Assembly: GCF_016433145.1 (NCBI RefSeq)
Contig: NC_058130.1
Span: 88,013,421-88,077,420, forward strand
Length of the DNA stretch: 64,000 nt
Source of the DNA: Gracilinanus agilis
Taxonomy: Eukaryota
Reading direction: 5' to 3'
Shown: in pieces, positions 1-12,000 of the stretch
Position numbering within the stretch: position 1 is the first letter of the stretch
Layout: each line of letters begins with the position of its first letter
The notes under the pieces: model-generated
What the model was told of the DNA's origin: nothing
Seen by the model: only the letters and a program-made list of their open reading frames with translations
Databases searched by the model: none
Made by a program: the position numbers and the translations under genes

Positions 1-360
1 GGGGTGGCGGCGGCGGGGCCGGGGCCAGAGCAGGAGCAGGAGGAGGAGGCAGCGCCCCCCGGGCCGCCATCTTGGACAAAAGGACTGAGCGCGGCAGCCG
101 CGAAAAGGCGGGGGAGGAAAGGCGCAGGGAGGAAGGGGAGGGGACAGGGACAGGGACAACGCGCGGTTGCGTCATCAAGACGCGCGGCTCGGCGGCCGAG
201 GGAGGGCGGGTGCACGTCCGATGGGAGAGCCCTCCGCCTTTCCGTCACTTCCCCCAGATTTCCCGGGCCCCGGCCACCACTCGCCAACCGATTGGATCAC
301 GGGCTTTAGCGCCACCTCTTGGCCAGCTGGTGAAACAATCAGGCCGCTCCGGTATCAGTG
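1..360 (-). promoter_or_regulatory. RBM15B: CpG-island promoter and 5' end of a minus-strand gene running off the left edge, probably RBM15B
   Basis: Very GC/CpG-rich. Minus-strand initiator match TCAGTCC (88-82) followed by CAAGATGGCGGC (74-63; YY1/TISU motif), GC boxes (e.g. GGGCGGG ~204-210) and ATTGG ~292-296. Gene name inferred from the DOCK3-MANF-RBM15B order in human; the recognisable RBM15B CDS is not in the window. Confidence 0.6.
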
Positions 361-521
361 TTGTCAGTCACCTAGGCAGTGAGGGTGCTCTGAAAGATGC
401 GTCTGAAGGGACACTCTCCCAAGAAGATTCACTGTCCTTGCACAGCTAATAGACATATTTAAAGAGAGTCCGGAAGTTTGCAAAGAGCTTTACTAATTTG
501 ATCCTCACGACAGCCACGGAA

Positions 522-754
522 GATGTTGCTTTTCAGTCGTGTTTCACCCTTCATTACCCTATTTGGGGTTTTCTTGGCAAAGACACTGGAGCGGTTAGCT
601 TTTTTTTGACAGATGAGAAAACTGAGGCAAACCAGGTGAAGTGAGTTGTTCAGGGTCACATGGCTAAGAAGTGTCTGAAGCCGAATTTGAACTCATTTCC
701 CCCCTTCTTCCCCCAACCCAGATTCAGTCCTTTATCCACTGCATCACCTAGCTG
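522..754 (-). mobile_element. MAR1-type marsupial CORE-SINE (tRNA head, CORE, RTE-like tail)
   Basis: TTCAGTCGTG...GGGGTTTTCTTGGCAAAGACACTGGAG tail followed by ACAGATGAGAAAACTGAGGC core, reverse orientation. Confidence 0.7.
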
Positions 755-775
755 AATGAAATTGGTGGGAGATAG

Positions 776-925
776 GTGCTATTTATTATTGACCCCATTT
801 TACAGGTGAAGAAACCACGGTTGTAGATTAAGTGTCCTGTCCATCGCCACACACAGTAAATGCCCAAGGTAGGATTTGAACTCAGGCCTTCCTGATTCCA
901 AGGACAGAATTATTTTATCTACTAG
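776..925 (-). mobile_element. MIR-family SINE fragment
   Basis: CCCATTTTACAGGTGAAGAAAC...GGATTTGAACTCAGG core motifs. Confidence 0.6.
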
Positions 926-1723
926 CTGCTTCCAGTTGATATTTGATGGTCTGCCCTGTTGCCCATGTTTTCAATTTTTGGAGGGGACCCACCCCTTCTC
1001 AGATCCTTCCCTCACCTAGGGGACAACATTTAAGAAGTAGAAGGGATCCTAGCATAGTGTAGGAGGGAAAGTAGCTTCTGGAGAAGGTCTCAAGGCCATA
1101 CAGATAAGGACTAGCAATGGGGATTGGACTCCCTCATCTACAATGCTTCACTTAGCTTTTAAAGTCTCTGGGTCTCCTTACACTGCTTCCTAAGATAAAG
1201 CCTTGAGAAGAGTCAGTGTCCAGAGGCTCAAGGAGCTGCCCCAAGCTGCATCCTTCCCTCCTGGCACTTCAGTCTAACCTGTTAGGGAGGACTTGTGGAT
1301 CCCCGGGATATGGAGGGGCTGGCCCATGCTATATGGAGGGAGAAGTGGATTCCCAAGGTCCCCCTCTCCCTTATGTGAGGGGTTACTGGGAAATTCTCAC
1401 ATCTGTGAGCTATAGGTTAGGAATAACCAGCTCATGCTGAGGGGGACCTGAAGTTTTAGCTTTTACCTTTGAGAGAAATGTGTTTAGGGAAGGGGTCTTT
1501 TACTTCCTACTCTCCCTTATAGAACTCCTGGGTTCTTGGGAGCACCTAGAACCATACATAATGGGGCAGCGGGACTTTGCTGCAAAGAGATGGCTGGGAG
1601 AAGGGAATGCTGTAAATGACCAAGTCTGAACAGAAAGTGCCCAAGGATTCTTCATTGCCTGGTGAGGGTTAGGGGGTTATGATTGTCAAGAACTAAGGAA
1701 TTCAGTTGAAAATAAAGGGACTA

Positions 1724-1907
1724 GGGGCAACTAGGTAGCATAGTGGGTAGAGCACCAAGCCTAGCTTTGTGGAAATCCTGGGTTCAAATCTGGCTTCAGA
1801 TAGTTACTAGCCATGTGATCCTAGGCAAGTCACTTAATCCCAATTGCCTAGCCCTTGACACTCTTCTGTCTTAGAAATGATACTAAGATAGAAAGCAAGG
1901 GTTTAAA
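1724..1907 (+). mobile_element. Didelphid tRNA-derived SINE (SINE-2_MD-like) with 14-bp TSD
   Basis: GGGGCAACTAGG head, GGTTCAAATC B box, A tail; TSD AAAATAAAGGGACT at 1709-1722 and 1908-1921. Confidence 0.85.
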
Positions 1908-4492
1908 AAAATAAAGGGACTTTGGAAGGAAATCGAGGCTACTAAGGGCTACTAAATGAGGCTATTCTACTACATCTAGATAGTATGCCTAGAAGAGGCA
2001 TTAAGACCCATCACTACTGGCTGTCCAGATTTCCACTCACTTCTCATCCTTGAGTCTTAGAATCACCACCCATTAATCCTCATCCTACATTTGATCTTAG
2101 GAGACCTGCCATTTTGCTTTTCTGTAGATAGACTATCCCTTCCTACATGTTGAATGCCACAACCTTTATTTTTGGACAACTGTATGTATAGTGATGATCT
2201 ACCCCGATGCTCTCCAACAGCCTGGAGGACATCTCTAAGCCCAGGTATATTTACTGAGGTACAAGAAACAGACTTGGCATTTTTGGACGTCATCTAGTCC
2301 AACTGTTTATTTGATAGGCATATTCTGAAGCCTAAAGAGGTTAAACGATATGCTTATCAGACACACAGAGCAGAGATAAAATTTCCACCCAACTCCTTTG
2401 ATTTTTTTGTCAAATTCATTGTTAGCCCATGAGATCTTCTTGACAGGTACCATAGAGCTAATGAGATAACGAGCTAGGCCAAAGGTAGAGACGCCACAAT
2501 TTAAGATCATCCAAAGTGCTTTTTCTAACTATTCTCTCATTTCACCTTGTCTAGAAAAAAGGCTGAACCTGTGAAATGATGGAAGTTGTCATCATATTTT
2601 ATAAATGAAATGGAGTTAATGGACTTAACCAAGGTCATACAACTTAGTAGAACTTGCTCTCTCAGCCACTACTGCCAACAAGGCCTATAGCAATAATTCC
2701 CCAATTTTTTTTCTTCCTTCCAGAGCGGCTAAGGTCAATGTGTTAAAATGTAAGTGATGGGTTTTGAAAATACTAATGTTGCACTGAGGACAACCAAGGG
2801 ATAGGATACGAGCTGCCTGAGGATTTTTCACAGCTATGGGTAGCTAGCAGGCATGAGCTCCATCCTTCTCCATCAGCTGGTGTTCCTGAGGAGACAGTTT
2901 CCTGAGAAATGGAAAAATGGAGAGAACTAGGATGGGTGAATGGATGGAGACCAGAATGGAGAGATTTGCTATCCTATTAAAGAAGCTACCGGTTCTAGAA
3001 GTTATTTTTTTTGTTGGTATTAGAAGTTATTCTATTTTATATATTTTCACTTTAAACAAATAATGTCACTTATTGGTGAAATTTGGTAAAAAGTGAAAGT
3101 GTGGAACACTGTCAATCCACCAAGGAGGAAATGGGCTAGAGGACTCAGAAGGGCAATAATGTCAATAGTCAAAAAGAAAAATGCCATTTTGCAAGGCATA
3201 CTTAGAAATCGAAGGAATGTATATATCAATGAGTAAGATAGTCCTTTAAAGGAAAATGGGTCTCGATGTAGTAGGAAATAAAAACAGAGCTCATGAATTC
3301 CAAGCACAAGTGTGATAAAACCTCAAGATAGTCATCTGACAAATCCATGCCTGACATGTAGAGAGCTTGGGTAGAATGTAATGAGGGGGTCTTCTTAGGC
3401 TGGGGGGAAAGGTTATTCTGTGCCTTCCATGCTGCCTCAGGGCAGCAGGCCCAGTCTCTCTGCTAAGAATTTCGAGGGCATGTTGCTGGACTATTATGAG
3501 TTCAGTACTGACCAGGCTTTTGCCTATTGCCTTTTGCTCTGGGTTTACTAGTAATATACAGTGCCATGGTCTGTTCTACCCAAGCTTACTACTCCAAAGT
3601 TCTGTCACTCAACTTTCTCCTCTGCAGGCTTACTTACACCAGAGGGCAAACCTCAGTTTCAGACCCTGGCTTAGGCTAGGGAGAACAACACTGGCTCCCA
3701 GAGCTATGATCGAGAGGAGCCAGCTGATCTGGAGGGAGGGAGTACATAAGTAATGGTTGTTAAGACGTGAATATTATAATCTTGTGCCAGACTCATTGGC
3801 TAACGAGGCTACGGACCTCTAATTTTCTTCATTTATACACAGGTTACACCAAGATTTTCTCAAAAAATAGCACTTTTTGTGTACTTTATTAAAAAGTTCT
3901 CTGTGTACTCTAGTGAGAGACAGGATCAAGGAAAGAGTATTGCAAGAAAGGAGAGGTACCCCAAATTCCAAGGACGTCCCTTGGAAATTTGTTATCCCTG
4001 CCTGCCCCCTGCTTATCACGTAGGCATATCTTGGGAATTGTTACTTAAGCTACTAATGGCACCGATCTTTCTTTTAAGGGAAAAAATTCCATTCAAGCCA
4101 GCTAGAAACTATTTTCTTAGCCTCAGCCTCACAAATTTGTTACAATGGGAGACTGTGAGAAAAGTGCATATGTTTTGGTATAACCTTATTTCTGTTTCTG
4201 GGAATCACGAGCTGCCCAGTGATCACCAAGCCAGTTGGTGCTCAGAGTGAACAATCAATTTGTCTCCAAACCCTTTCTTAATCCATGCTCCCAACCACTG
4301 AGAGAACACAGAATGCAAAGCAAAGATGGTTCACCTTGTCATGAGGGTCACAAACCCCAGATCTGCCCACCACTCACCATCTCCCCGAGGAAATAAGTAA
4401 CTCTTTGGAGCTGAAATAGGAACAAATATCAGTAACTAATAAAGAAAACCTCTCACATTTTTCTTCCAGTTTGTTGTTAATAGTATCAGTAA

Positions 4493-4675
4493 GGGGCAGC
4501 TGGGTAGCTCAGTGGATTGAGAGTCAGGCCTGGAGACGGGAGGTCCTAGGTTCAAATCTGGCCTCAGATACTTCCCAGCTGTGTGACCCTGGGCAAGTCA
4601 CTTGACCCACATTGCCCACCCTTACCACTCTTCCACCAAGGAGCCAATACACAGAAGTTAAGGGTCTAAAAAAAA
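4493..4675 (+). mobile_element. Young didelphid SINE (SINE-1_MD/SINE1_Mdo-like), intact Pol III boxes
   Basis: A box TAGCTCAGTGG 4505-4515, B box GGTTCAAATC 4549-4558, GGAGCCAATACACAGAAGTTAAGGG end, poly-A, identical TSDs 4479-4492 and 4676-4689. Confidence 0.9.
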
Positions 4676-4691
4676 AATAGTATCAGTAATA

Positions 4692-4868
4692 GGGGCAGCT
4701 AAGTGGCTCAGTGGATAGTTGGGCCTGGAGATGGAAGAGGTCCTGGGTTCAAATCTGGTCTCAGACACTTCCTAGCTATATGATCCTAGTTAAGTCATTA
4801 ACTCCAAATGCCAATCTTCTATCTTGGAACTTAGTATTGATTCCAAGACACAAGGTAGGAGTTACAAA
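4692..4868 (+). mobile_element. Older didelphid SINE (SINE-2_MD-like)
   Basis: Same head; TAGTATTGATTCCAAGACA-type 3' end; TSD with one mismatch. Confidence 0.85.
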
Positions 4869-5638
4869 AATAGTATCAGCAATGGGAGTTTTTTTTTATC
4901 TCTTAGTGGCTGCCCTGGGAGCCCCTTATTGTGTTCAGAGGGACACTGACTATAAGGCATGGAAATCTTGACATCAGAGACCCAACAAGAGCACGCAAGA
5001 GAGCTAGAGGGGATCTCTTTGGGAAAAGAACTTGAGGAAAATAAAACGGGGCAACATGGAGCACAGCATAGACCGACCATGAACCAGGGTGGTGACATGA
5101 CCAAGAAGGAGTTCCTGGATAAGATTCTTGGCTACAAATCATCTAGAAAGAAAACTCTGAGCTCAATATCCACGGAACCCATTTGTGAAGGTTTTCAGAG
5201 CAAGAGACTGGAGAGAACTACATCCTGCCCCCAGCCATGACCCAAGCTTAGTGGACTAGGTTGGAAGCAAGGAAAGAGGTTTCTAATGGGGGCTCCCGGT
5301 AAATTTCAAGGAGAAATGGGGGCATTGATTCTGAAGACTCCTACCCTCATGGCCAAGAAATAAGGCTGACTTACTTGTTGCTAAGCAATTGTTTTGCTAC
5401 TTACTATCCCCTTAAGTGCTGAGAGAAGCCTCCAGGATCCTGGGTCTATTCTGGGGCTTTTCTCCATGTCCATCACTGATGGGCTTCACAGCTCCCGACT
5501 TGTATAGCTCAGGACTTGCACAGCAAATGATGGCTTGACAAGATCAGCTGGGATGAGTTGGGATATGGAGGTTACCTACACATCACATAGCCAGACCCCA
5601 ACAACTATGGCATCCCCTCTCAGGCCAGTTAGCTTTTT

Positions 5639-5842
5639 TTTTTTTTTTTAAACCCTTACCTTCCATCTTAGGATCAATATTAAGTATTAGTTCCAAGGCA
5701 GAAGAATGATAAGGGCTAGGCAATGGGGGTGAAATGACTTGCCTAAGGTCACAGCTAGGAAGTGTCTGAGGTCAGATTTGTACCCAGGATCTCCCATCTG
5801 TTAGGCTGGGCTCTCAATCCACTGAGCCATCTGGCCTGCTCC
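5639..5842 (-). mobile_element. SINE-2_MD-like SINE
   Basis: Poly-T then AAACCCTTACCTTCCATCTTAG...CTCTCAATCCACTGAGCC. Confidence 0.85.
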
Positions 5843-5856
5843 CCAATTATCTTTTT

Positions 5857-6080
5857 TAAAAATTAAGTTTAATTAATTTAGAATATTTTTCCATGGTTAC
5901 ATGATTCATGTTCTTTCCTTCCCCTCCTCCCACCCTACCTAGCCGATGCACAATTGCACTGGGTTTTACATGTGTCATTGATCAAGACCCATTTCCATAT
6001 TATTAATATTTGCACTAGGGTGACTGTTTAGTCTACATTCCCAATCATGTCCCCATTGACCCATGTGATCAAGCAGTCTC
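5857..6080 (-). mobile_element. 5'-truncated L1 3' end with TSD
   Basis: TTTTCCATGGTTACATGATTCATG marsupial L1 3'UTR signature; TSD CCAATTATCTTTT at 5843-5855 and 6081-6093. Confidence 0.75.
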
Positions 6081-6470
6081 CCAATTATCTTTTGATGTTA
6101 GCAGTGGCACAGTCTCATTAGAGGAGCCAGTTTTTTTTCATTTTTTAGAACCAGTTCCATGAAAGTCCTAAAACTTCCACGAGACCAGTGATTTGAATCT
6201 CACATTTTTGTGCTGTTATTGAAACAGAAGGGAACCATTTCAATAATGTAGGATTAAAACTTTAGTCTTAGATGATTTGATTAATTTTGTACACTTAAAA
6301 AAATTCACAGGTTTGATTTTTAATATCTAATGCACCCATGAAGTATATGATCCTACAAAGAAAGTGAAAGGGCAGAATGATCCCAGACATTAAGAAGCTC
6401 ACAGGGAAAGAATTCATATTGCAGATTCAAGTATTCCTTCTTATTTGCTTCCTACCTCTCAGGAAATTAT

Positions 6471-6654
6471 TTTAAACCCTTACCTTCCATCTTGGAGTCA
6501 ATACTATGTATTGGTTCCAAAGCAGAAGAGCAGTAAAGGCTGGGAAATGGGGTTTACAGGACTTGCCCAGGGTTCACACCACTAGGAAGTGCCTGAGGTC
6601 AGATATGGGTTCTCAAGGGCTGGCTCTCAATCCTCTGAGGCATGTAGGTGCCCC
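6471..6654 (-). mobile_element. SINE-2_MD-like SINE
   Basis: AAACCCTTACCTTCC...GGCTGGCTCTCAATCC...GTGCCCC. Confidence 0.8.
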
Positions 6655-6774
6655 CAGACCAAGGCAAATTAACAGTAAAGTCTGATGGCCAAGCAGAGAT
6701 CTCTGGGGTCATTTCACTAAAGATCTTCCAAGTTTACATAAAAACATTAATAATTAGTATAATTGCAGTACCAT

Positions 6775-7130
6775 CTAATACATATATGTTTTTTTCATAA
6801 GAGCTACTTTTTTTTTGTCTAAAGTTTTGCTGAAATCTTTGCTATTTGAAACATGACACCAATCTACCGATCTTGTAACTCTCATTAAAAAAGGAAATTG
6901 GTCAAGTTTTTTTGGGGAGGGGGAGTGGCCTATTATTGAAGAAACCATGTTGTTTGTGATCATTGCTTCTTTTTCTAGGTGTTTGCTTGTCATAATGATT
7001 ATTTTTCCTCGAATTTTTTTAGGAACTAAAGTTAAACTCACCCTGGTGTCTGCAGTTTACAATCTCCTTTTTTTGAAAACTAGGCCATTCCCTTTCCGTG
7101 ATCATTACTATAGTACTTGTCCAGCTTTCC
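6775..7130 (-). mobile_element. CR1/L3 LINE reverse-transcriptase fragment
   Basis: ORF 6775-7041 SLTLVPKKI...KHLEKEAMITN...RVTRSVD...DFSKTLDK matches the CR1 RT pattern SLTSVPGKI...DFSKAFD. Confidence 0.75.
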
Positions 7131-7149
7131 CAAAATAGAAAGCAACTAA

Positions 7150-7600
7150 AAAATTCCCTGATGAAAAGATAAAAAGCAACAGAATGACTCAAAAGGGAAA
7201 CATCAAAAAAAATTTAAAAACATCAAAAGGATGGAGAATCCGAGGCTCTACAGGGTGATAGCTCATCACTTAGAACTCTCAAAAAATATCAAAGACAAAG
7301 ATGGGGGCGATGACAGCCTCTCTCTAAAAGAGCAGACTGACAAAAAGGACAGCTGATTTGAAACTCAAATTAAGCAAAGCACAAAGATTGGAAGAACACA
7401 CGTGCAGTCTCTACAACATGGAGTCTGAGATGGAGAATAAGACATGAAGAAATCATATTAAGAATTATAATCATTTCAGAAAAACATTATGAAATGAAAA
7501 GCCTATATTCTTCACTAAAGGAAATCATTTAAGAAAATAGAGACAAAGTACAGACCACTAGACTTCATAGGACTCTCAGGGATAAGTCTCAAGTCATATA
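7150..7600 (+). mobile_element. Old L1 ORF1 fragment
   Basis: A-rich plus strand; degenerate ENRSRRNNIRII-like motif near 7432-7485. Confidence 0.45.
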
Positions 7601-9239
7601 CCAACTTCAAATAGTACAGCAAAGATAAAGCCCTTTATATGCTTGGGGGCTGGGAAAAATCTCTTTAAACTGTTAAACACTACTGGTTTATATTAAACTA
7701 AAAGGCAAAGTAGAATATGGTATTTTGAAAAGTAAACTAGTCTACCTAAAAAAAAAACCACCCCAACTTGCACATATCAATAGTCCTTTTTGCATGTCAT
7801 TTTGGTTCTTTCATATTCAGAATTTTCTACACAGTGAAATACATTATATTTTGAGAAGGCAGTAGAGAATGACTCTTCTAGAAGGGCACAATCTGTTTTC
7901 ACTTAGTAGAAATAATTATAAAAAAACATGACAACTTTCATACAGCAAGATCCTACATTTGGGCCAGTTTTTCAATTGTACTGTGCCCAACACTAGCCTC
8001 CATCAGGCAAAGTTGACTGCAGGTTATTGAGGTTAGGGCATAAATTCACAGCTGCTCTTTTGCTAGAAAAAAGACAGATCTAGAAGAACTATGACCCCTA
8101 TTAAAACCAAGGTCCTTTTAATATATGTTCTAGAATCTGGGCTTGTACTGACCTTTCTCGAAAAAGCTCCTATTGGTTGTTGTTGGGTCACCACCTGGGT
8201 TGGGCAAACCCTGGAACTTTGAGGAGGCAGCAATAGCTAAACAAAACTTAAATCAGACTCTATTCCTTAGTACTATTTGACTTTGAACAAGTCTCTTCCT
8301 TTGTGGATCCATCTTGTCTTCCATATAAAGGTTTGAGACTTGATAAACACTAAGGTCTCTTAGTGCTATCATCCATTTTATTCATCTCTCTCTTGGCCTC
8401 TTCTTCATTGCCCTCCCCAATAACTCATTATACTAAGAAATAGCTTTGTCTTCTCTACACCCCAGGCTGAGACAATGAACCAGCTCCTGAGGGCCAAAGT
8501 AATAATATCTCAGGTAGATGGTTGGTGCCTCAAGTAGGGAAGACATATACAAAGCAAATGAGATGTGGCATGGAAGCTTCAAGTTAGCTACATCTTGGGT
8601 AAAAACTAGAAGGACCCAATTTTTCTTAATAAAGGCACCATTTATACTAATCTTTTTTTGGGTCTTGGAAGGTAGAGCAGATGATCAAACCAAAAAAATC
8701 TATTCAAGGAATTCAGTTTCCTGGGCATCTAGGAATTGGACCCCGGATTTCAAGGCAGAGGGAACATTTGGATAAACAAATATGCTTTACCAGTGCAGGG
8801 CAACTTCTGGTCTTGGAACTGTCTAGAGCCGTGTTGGAGAATCCATGGCATGTGTATCAGAGGGGACTGCTCCCTTCTCCCTCCTCCACATGCATGTGAG
8901 GACATTTCTCACATTACCAGCTCCTTTGCTCAGCAGCCCAATGGGAACACTTCCTCCCTCCCTCGTCTTCCATATGGCGTTGAGGGTTGTAGTTTGGGAA
9001 CTTGGTCTCTACAAGGTTTGCCATCACTGGGCATTGATCTGTGACTTGGCTAGTATCACAAGTAAGATTTGAACATTCTTTATCATACACATACAGAGAT
9101 ATCTACCCCTCTAAAATGTACAAACATCAGATCTGACCATTTCTGTCCCTCATGTTCTAGGAAGTGAGCCAGGTCACTTTGTAATTTGGTTCTCAAGGAA
9201 CAGTCTTAGAGGAAAGACATACTCATCAAAGCTGAGAAT

Positions 9240-9527
9240 GGCACAGACTCTTGACAGCTATCGAAAACTAATTTTTTTAAAACTTTAATAAAAAAATCCC
9301 ATACATATTGTGAAGTCCTAAATGAAGAAATAAAGGAAAACAACAAAATGAAGAAGAAACAGTACAGAGAGAGACACAAGGGAGCTGTAGAACCAGCATC
9401 TTGAATCAAGCCCCAGGTTTCAGATCTGACACCATCAGGAGCCCTCTTAAAAATAAATTACAAAAAGGTTGTTTGGAAACAGATTAAATGTGATTTCTTC
9501 TCAGATACCTACAAAGCTCAGTGCAAA
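9240..9527 (-). other. MANF: MANF 3'UTR with candidate ATTAAA poly(A) signal (9289-9284)
   Basis: Follows the stop codon; TGTAATTTATTTTTAAG and GGGATTTTTTTATTAAAG blocks resemble the human MANF 3'UTR as I recall it; cleavage site not determinable. Confidence 0.6.
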
Positions 9528-9712
9528 CTAAAGATCAGTCCGTGAACTAGCTGCCTTGGGGGCATATTTGGGCATCAGTTCATTAATTTTCCGAATGTAA
9601 TCTGATTTTTCGGCACAGCCTTTACACATTTCACCCCAATCATCCAAGATTTTCTTCAATTCCTTAACTCGGAGTTTCTTCAGATCCACTGTGCTCAGGT
9701 CAATCTGTTTGT
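9528..9712 (-). CDS. MANF: MANF exon 4: SAP-like C-terminal domain, CKGC motif, RTDL ER-retrieval signal
   Basis: tcctccag|AC AAA CAG acceptor; [64 protein letters not shown]; 185 nt. Confidence 0.98.
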
Positions 9713-10539
9713 CTGGAGGAGAGAGATGAGGTAATGTTAGTAACTGAGAAGGAACATATAGCACCAGGTCAGCAGTTCCTGTTTTTATCCCTTTTTTACT
9801 CCCTCTCTTCATTAGCCTCTTCTTTACAGCTATTCTGTCACTTAAAAGAAGGCAGTTATACCACTTATCAAGATAGAATGCCATTTAAAAAAACAAAATA
9901 AAGTGTTTTTGTAACACAGCTGGCTTATAGGCAAAGGACCTGAGAGAAGACGTCAATTCCCCCAAAAGGCTACAGTCACTTATTCAATAAAAACCTTGTT
10001 GGGAGGGCACTGAGCTGGACACAGTGGTGAATACCAGAATGACTAGCCCTTTACTCTCCATAAATATATTTAAAATTAAAATGCCTGCTTCAGACAGTTA
10101 AATCAGCAACATTTGTTAAAAAACAATGTAGTGAAGGGGCTCTAAATTTGAAATATGCTTTTATAGCCAATGATAAACTGTGGAAATAGCTCACTAACTG
10201 GATCCTTTTTGCAGACTCTTTCAGAACACCAGGCAGCTTCTACAATAGGACCTGAAAGAAACTTCTTGTTATTCCTGAGAACTCAGGAAATGTTTGAATG
10301 CTATTAAAACAAATAGGAAAAACCCCTATATCTCTGCAAGAATACTTTTGGGCTTTGGTTCTAAGTCAGTCTATGTTTTTGTGACCAGGCTAATACTATG
10401 CCACAGAGTACTCCCAGAATTTTTTGTGGCTAAGAATTTCAGACCAGTGTGAGATCCATGTCCCACACTAAAGTAGCTGATGAGATGAAGCACCCATTTG
10501 AGATGAATGCCTATGCCACTCAGGCAGTCAGAAGAGCAT

Positions 10540-10745
10540 TGGGCCATCCCAGTTCAACCCTAGCCTCAGACACTTACTAGATTGTGTGAGCAAGCACATA
10601 ACCTGTCTGCCTCGGTTTCCTCAACTGTGAAACAGGGAGAACTATACCCACTTCCCAGGGCTGTTGTGAGGACCAAATGAGATAATCTTTATAAAACACT
10701 TACCATAGCCTGGCACACATTAAGTTCTTAATATCCCTTCCCTTC
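10540..10745 (+). mobile_element. MIR/CORE-SINE in MANF intron 3
   Basis: CCTCGGTTTCCTCAACTGTGAAAC...GTTGTGAGGACCAAATGAGATAAT. Confidence 0.7.
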
Positions 10746-10817
10746 TCTTACACAAATGCTGGTTTCCTTTCTCCCCGATGATTGAAGAGGCCTCTAGAGG
10801 AGGGGGTCAAAACTCAC

Positions 10818-10959
10818 CATATTTGAGCTCACAAATTTGACTGTCTTTCTTCTTTAGTTTCTCACAGATCTTCTCTACAGGGATGTGGTGGCTAAGAGGC
10901 TTTGACACTTCATTAATGATCTTGGTTGCTGCATCACTGGTAGCTCCAATGTAATAGCA
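10818..10959 (-). CDS. MANF: MANF exon 3
   Basis: cttcctccag|TGC...AAATATG|gtgagt; [47 protein letters not shown]; 142 nt, phase 0 to 1. Confidence 0.98.
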
Positions 10960-11199
10960 CTGGAGGAAGAAAGAATAAGTACTTAAGAAACTTTGACATC
11001 AATTTTAGCAAAGATAACCAACATACCAGCTAAGTCTGACAACATATGCAATGACCCATACCTTGACCTACTTCTTTTGGCAAAGAGAGGGAGAGATACA
11101 GAAATGTATCCTCATGTTTCTTCTTCAGGGCAAAACCTGGTCCCACATTGTTCAGTTTTAACTTTTTTTGGGGGTAGGACAATTACTTTTACAGATAGC

Positions 11200-11490
11200 A
11201 ATCAAGCAAAATTTATTAAGTGCCTACTATGAGCCAGAGTACAGTGCTAAGTACTGGGGATAAAAGGAAAGGTAAAAAAAAAAAAAACAAACCAGCTCCC
11301 ACCCTCGAGGAGTTTGCAATAACAACAGGGACAATAAGAAGCAAGCAAATATAGATGAAGCAAGGTACATATAGGATAAATAGGAAATAACTTAACAGAG
11401 GGGGTAGAAAAGGCTTCCAATAAAAGATAAGATTTAAATTCTGACTTAAAGGAAGTCAAGGATATCAGCACATGGAGTTGAGGAGGGAAG
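11200..11490 (-). mobile_element. L2 LINE 3' end
   Basis: ATTTATTAAGTGCCTACTATGAGCCAG...GTGCTAAGTACTGGGGATA, the reverse of the L2 terminus. Confidence 0.7.
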
Positions 11491-12000
11491 AGACAAAAAA
11501 CAATAGTTGATATTAAACAAAGCCAAAGTTTTTCCTAAAATTCTAGTTCTATCTCAAATGTTTCTAGCCTTGGGCTACATCTTATTACCCTGTCTAAGAT
11601 ATCCTAGTATCTGTTTTGTCCTAGATAGAATTTCTCAAGTCATAATCATTCAAACTTTTAACAATCAGATCTCCAAAAGGATCTGAAGTCAAATATATCA
11701 GGCACTTATAGGTCAGATATATCTATATATACCTATATATTTTTTAAACATATGGATACATGTCTTGAACAAAAGATTAATGTCAAAGAGGCCTCCAAAC
11801 CACAGGGAAAACAGGGGAAGCAGAGTTGAGTGTTAGATTTGGGGCCAGAGAACCTAGGTATACATACAAATATATATCTGACCATAAGAATAAATCCATT
11901 CTGACATAAGTGTATATATAACACATCCCAGAAGTTGTCTGAAGTCACAGAAGGTTATTCCAGTCTTGGATTGCCTTACCTTGCTTGATGACAGAACTAT

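Noticed and set aside
4-449. Plus-strand ORFs of 101, 125 and 71 aa at the left edge
   Set aside because: Stop-poor shadows of a GC-rich CpG island with low-complexity products; the promoter motifs point to the minus strand
2063-2293. ORF with NIPGLRDVL loosely recalling bornavirus nucleoprotein (LIPGLHAAF); marsupials do carry EBLN elements
   Set aside because: Only four residues match and the flanking frames show no further similarity; a tBLASTn hit would be required
4959-5240. 93-aa plus-strand ORF MEILTSETQQ...
   Set aside because: No recognisable homology, splice context or promoter; length is within chance expectation
9713-9884. N-terminal 57 aa of the 118-aa ORF 9528-9884
   Set aside because: Intron 3 read-through upstream of the real MANF exon 4 acceptor
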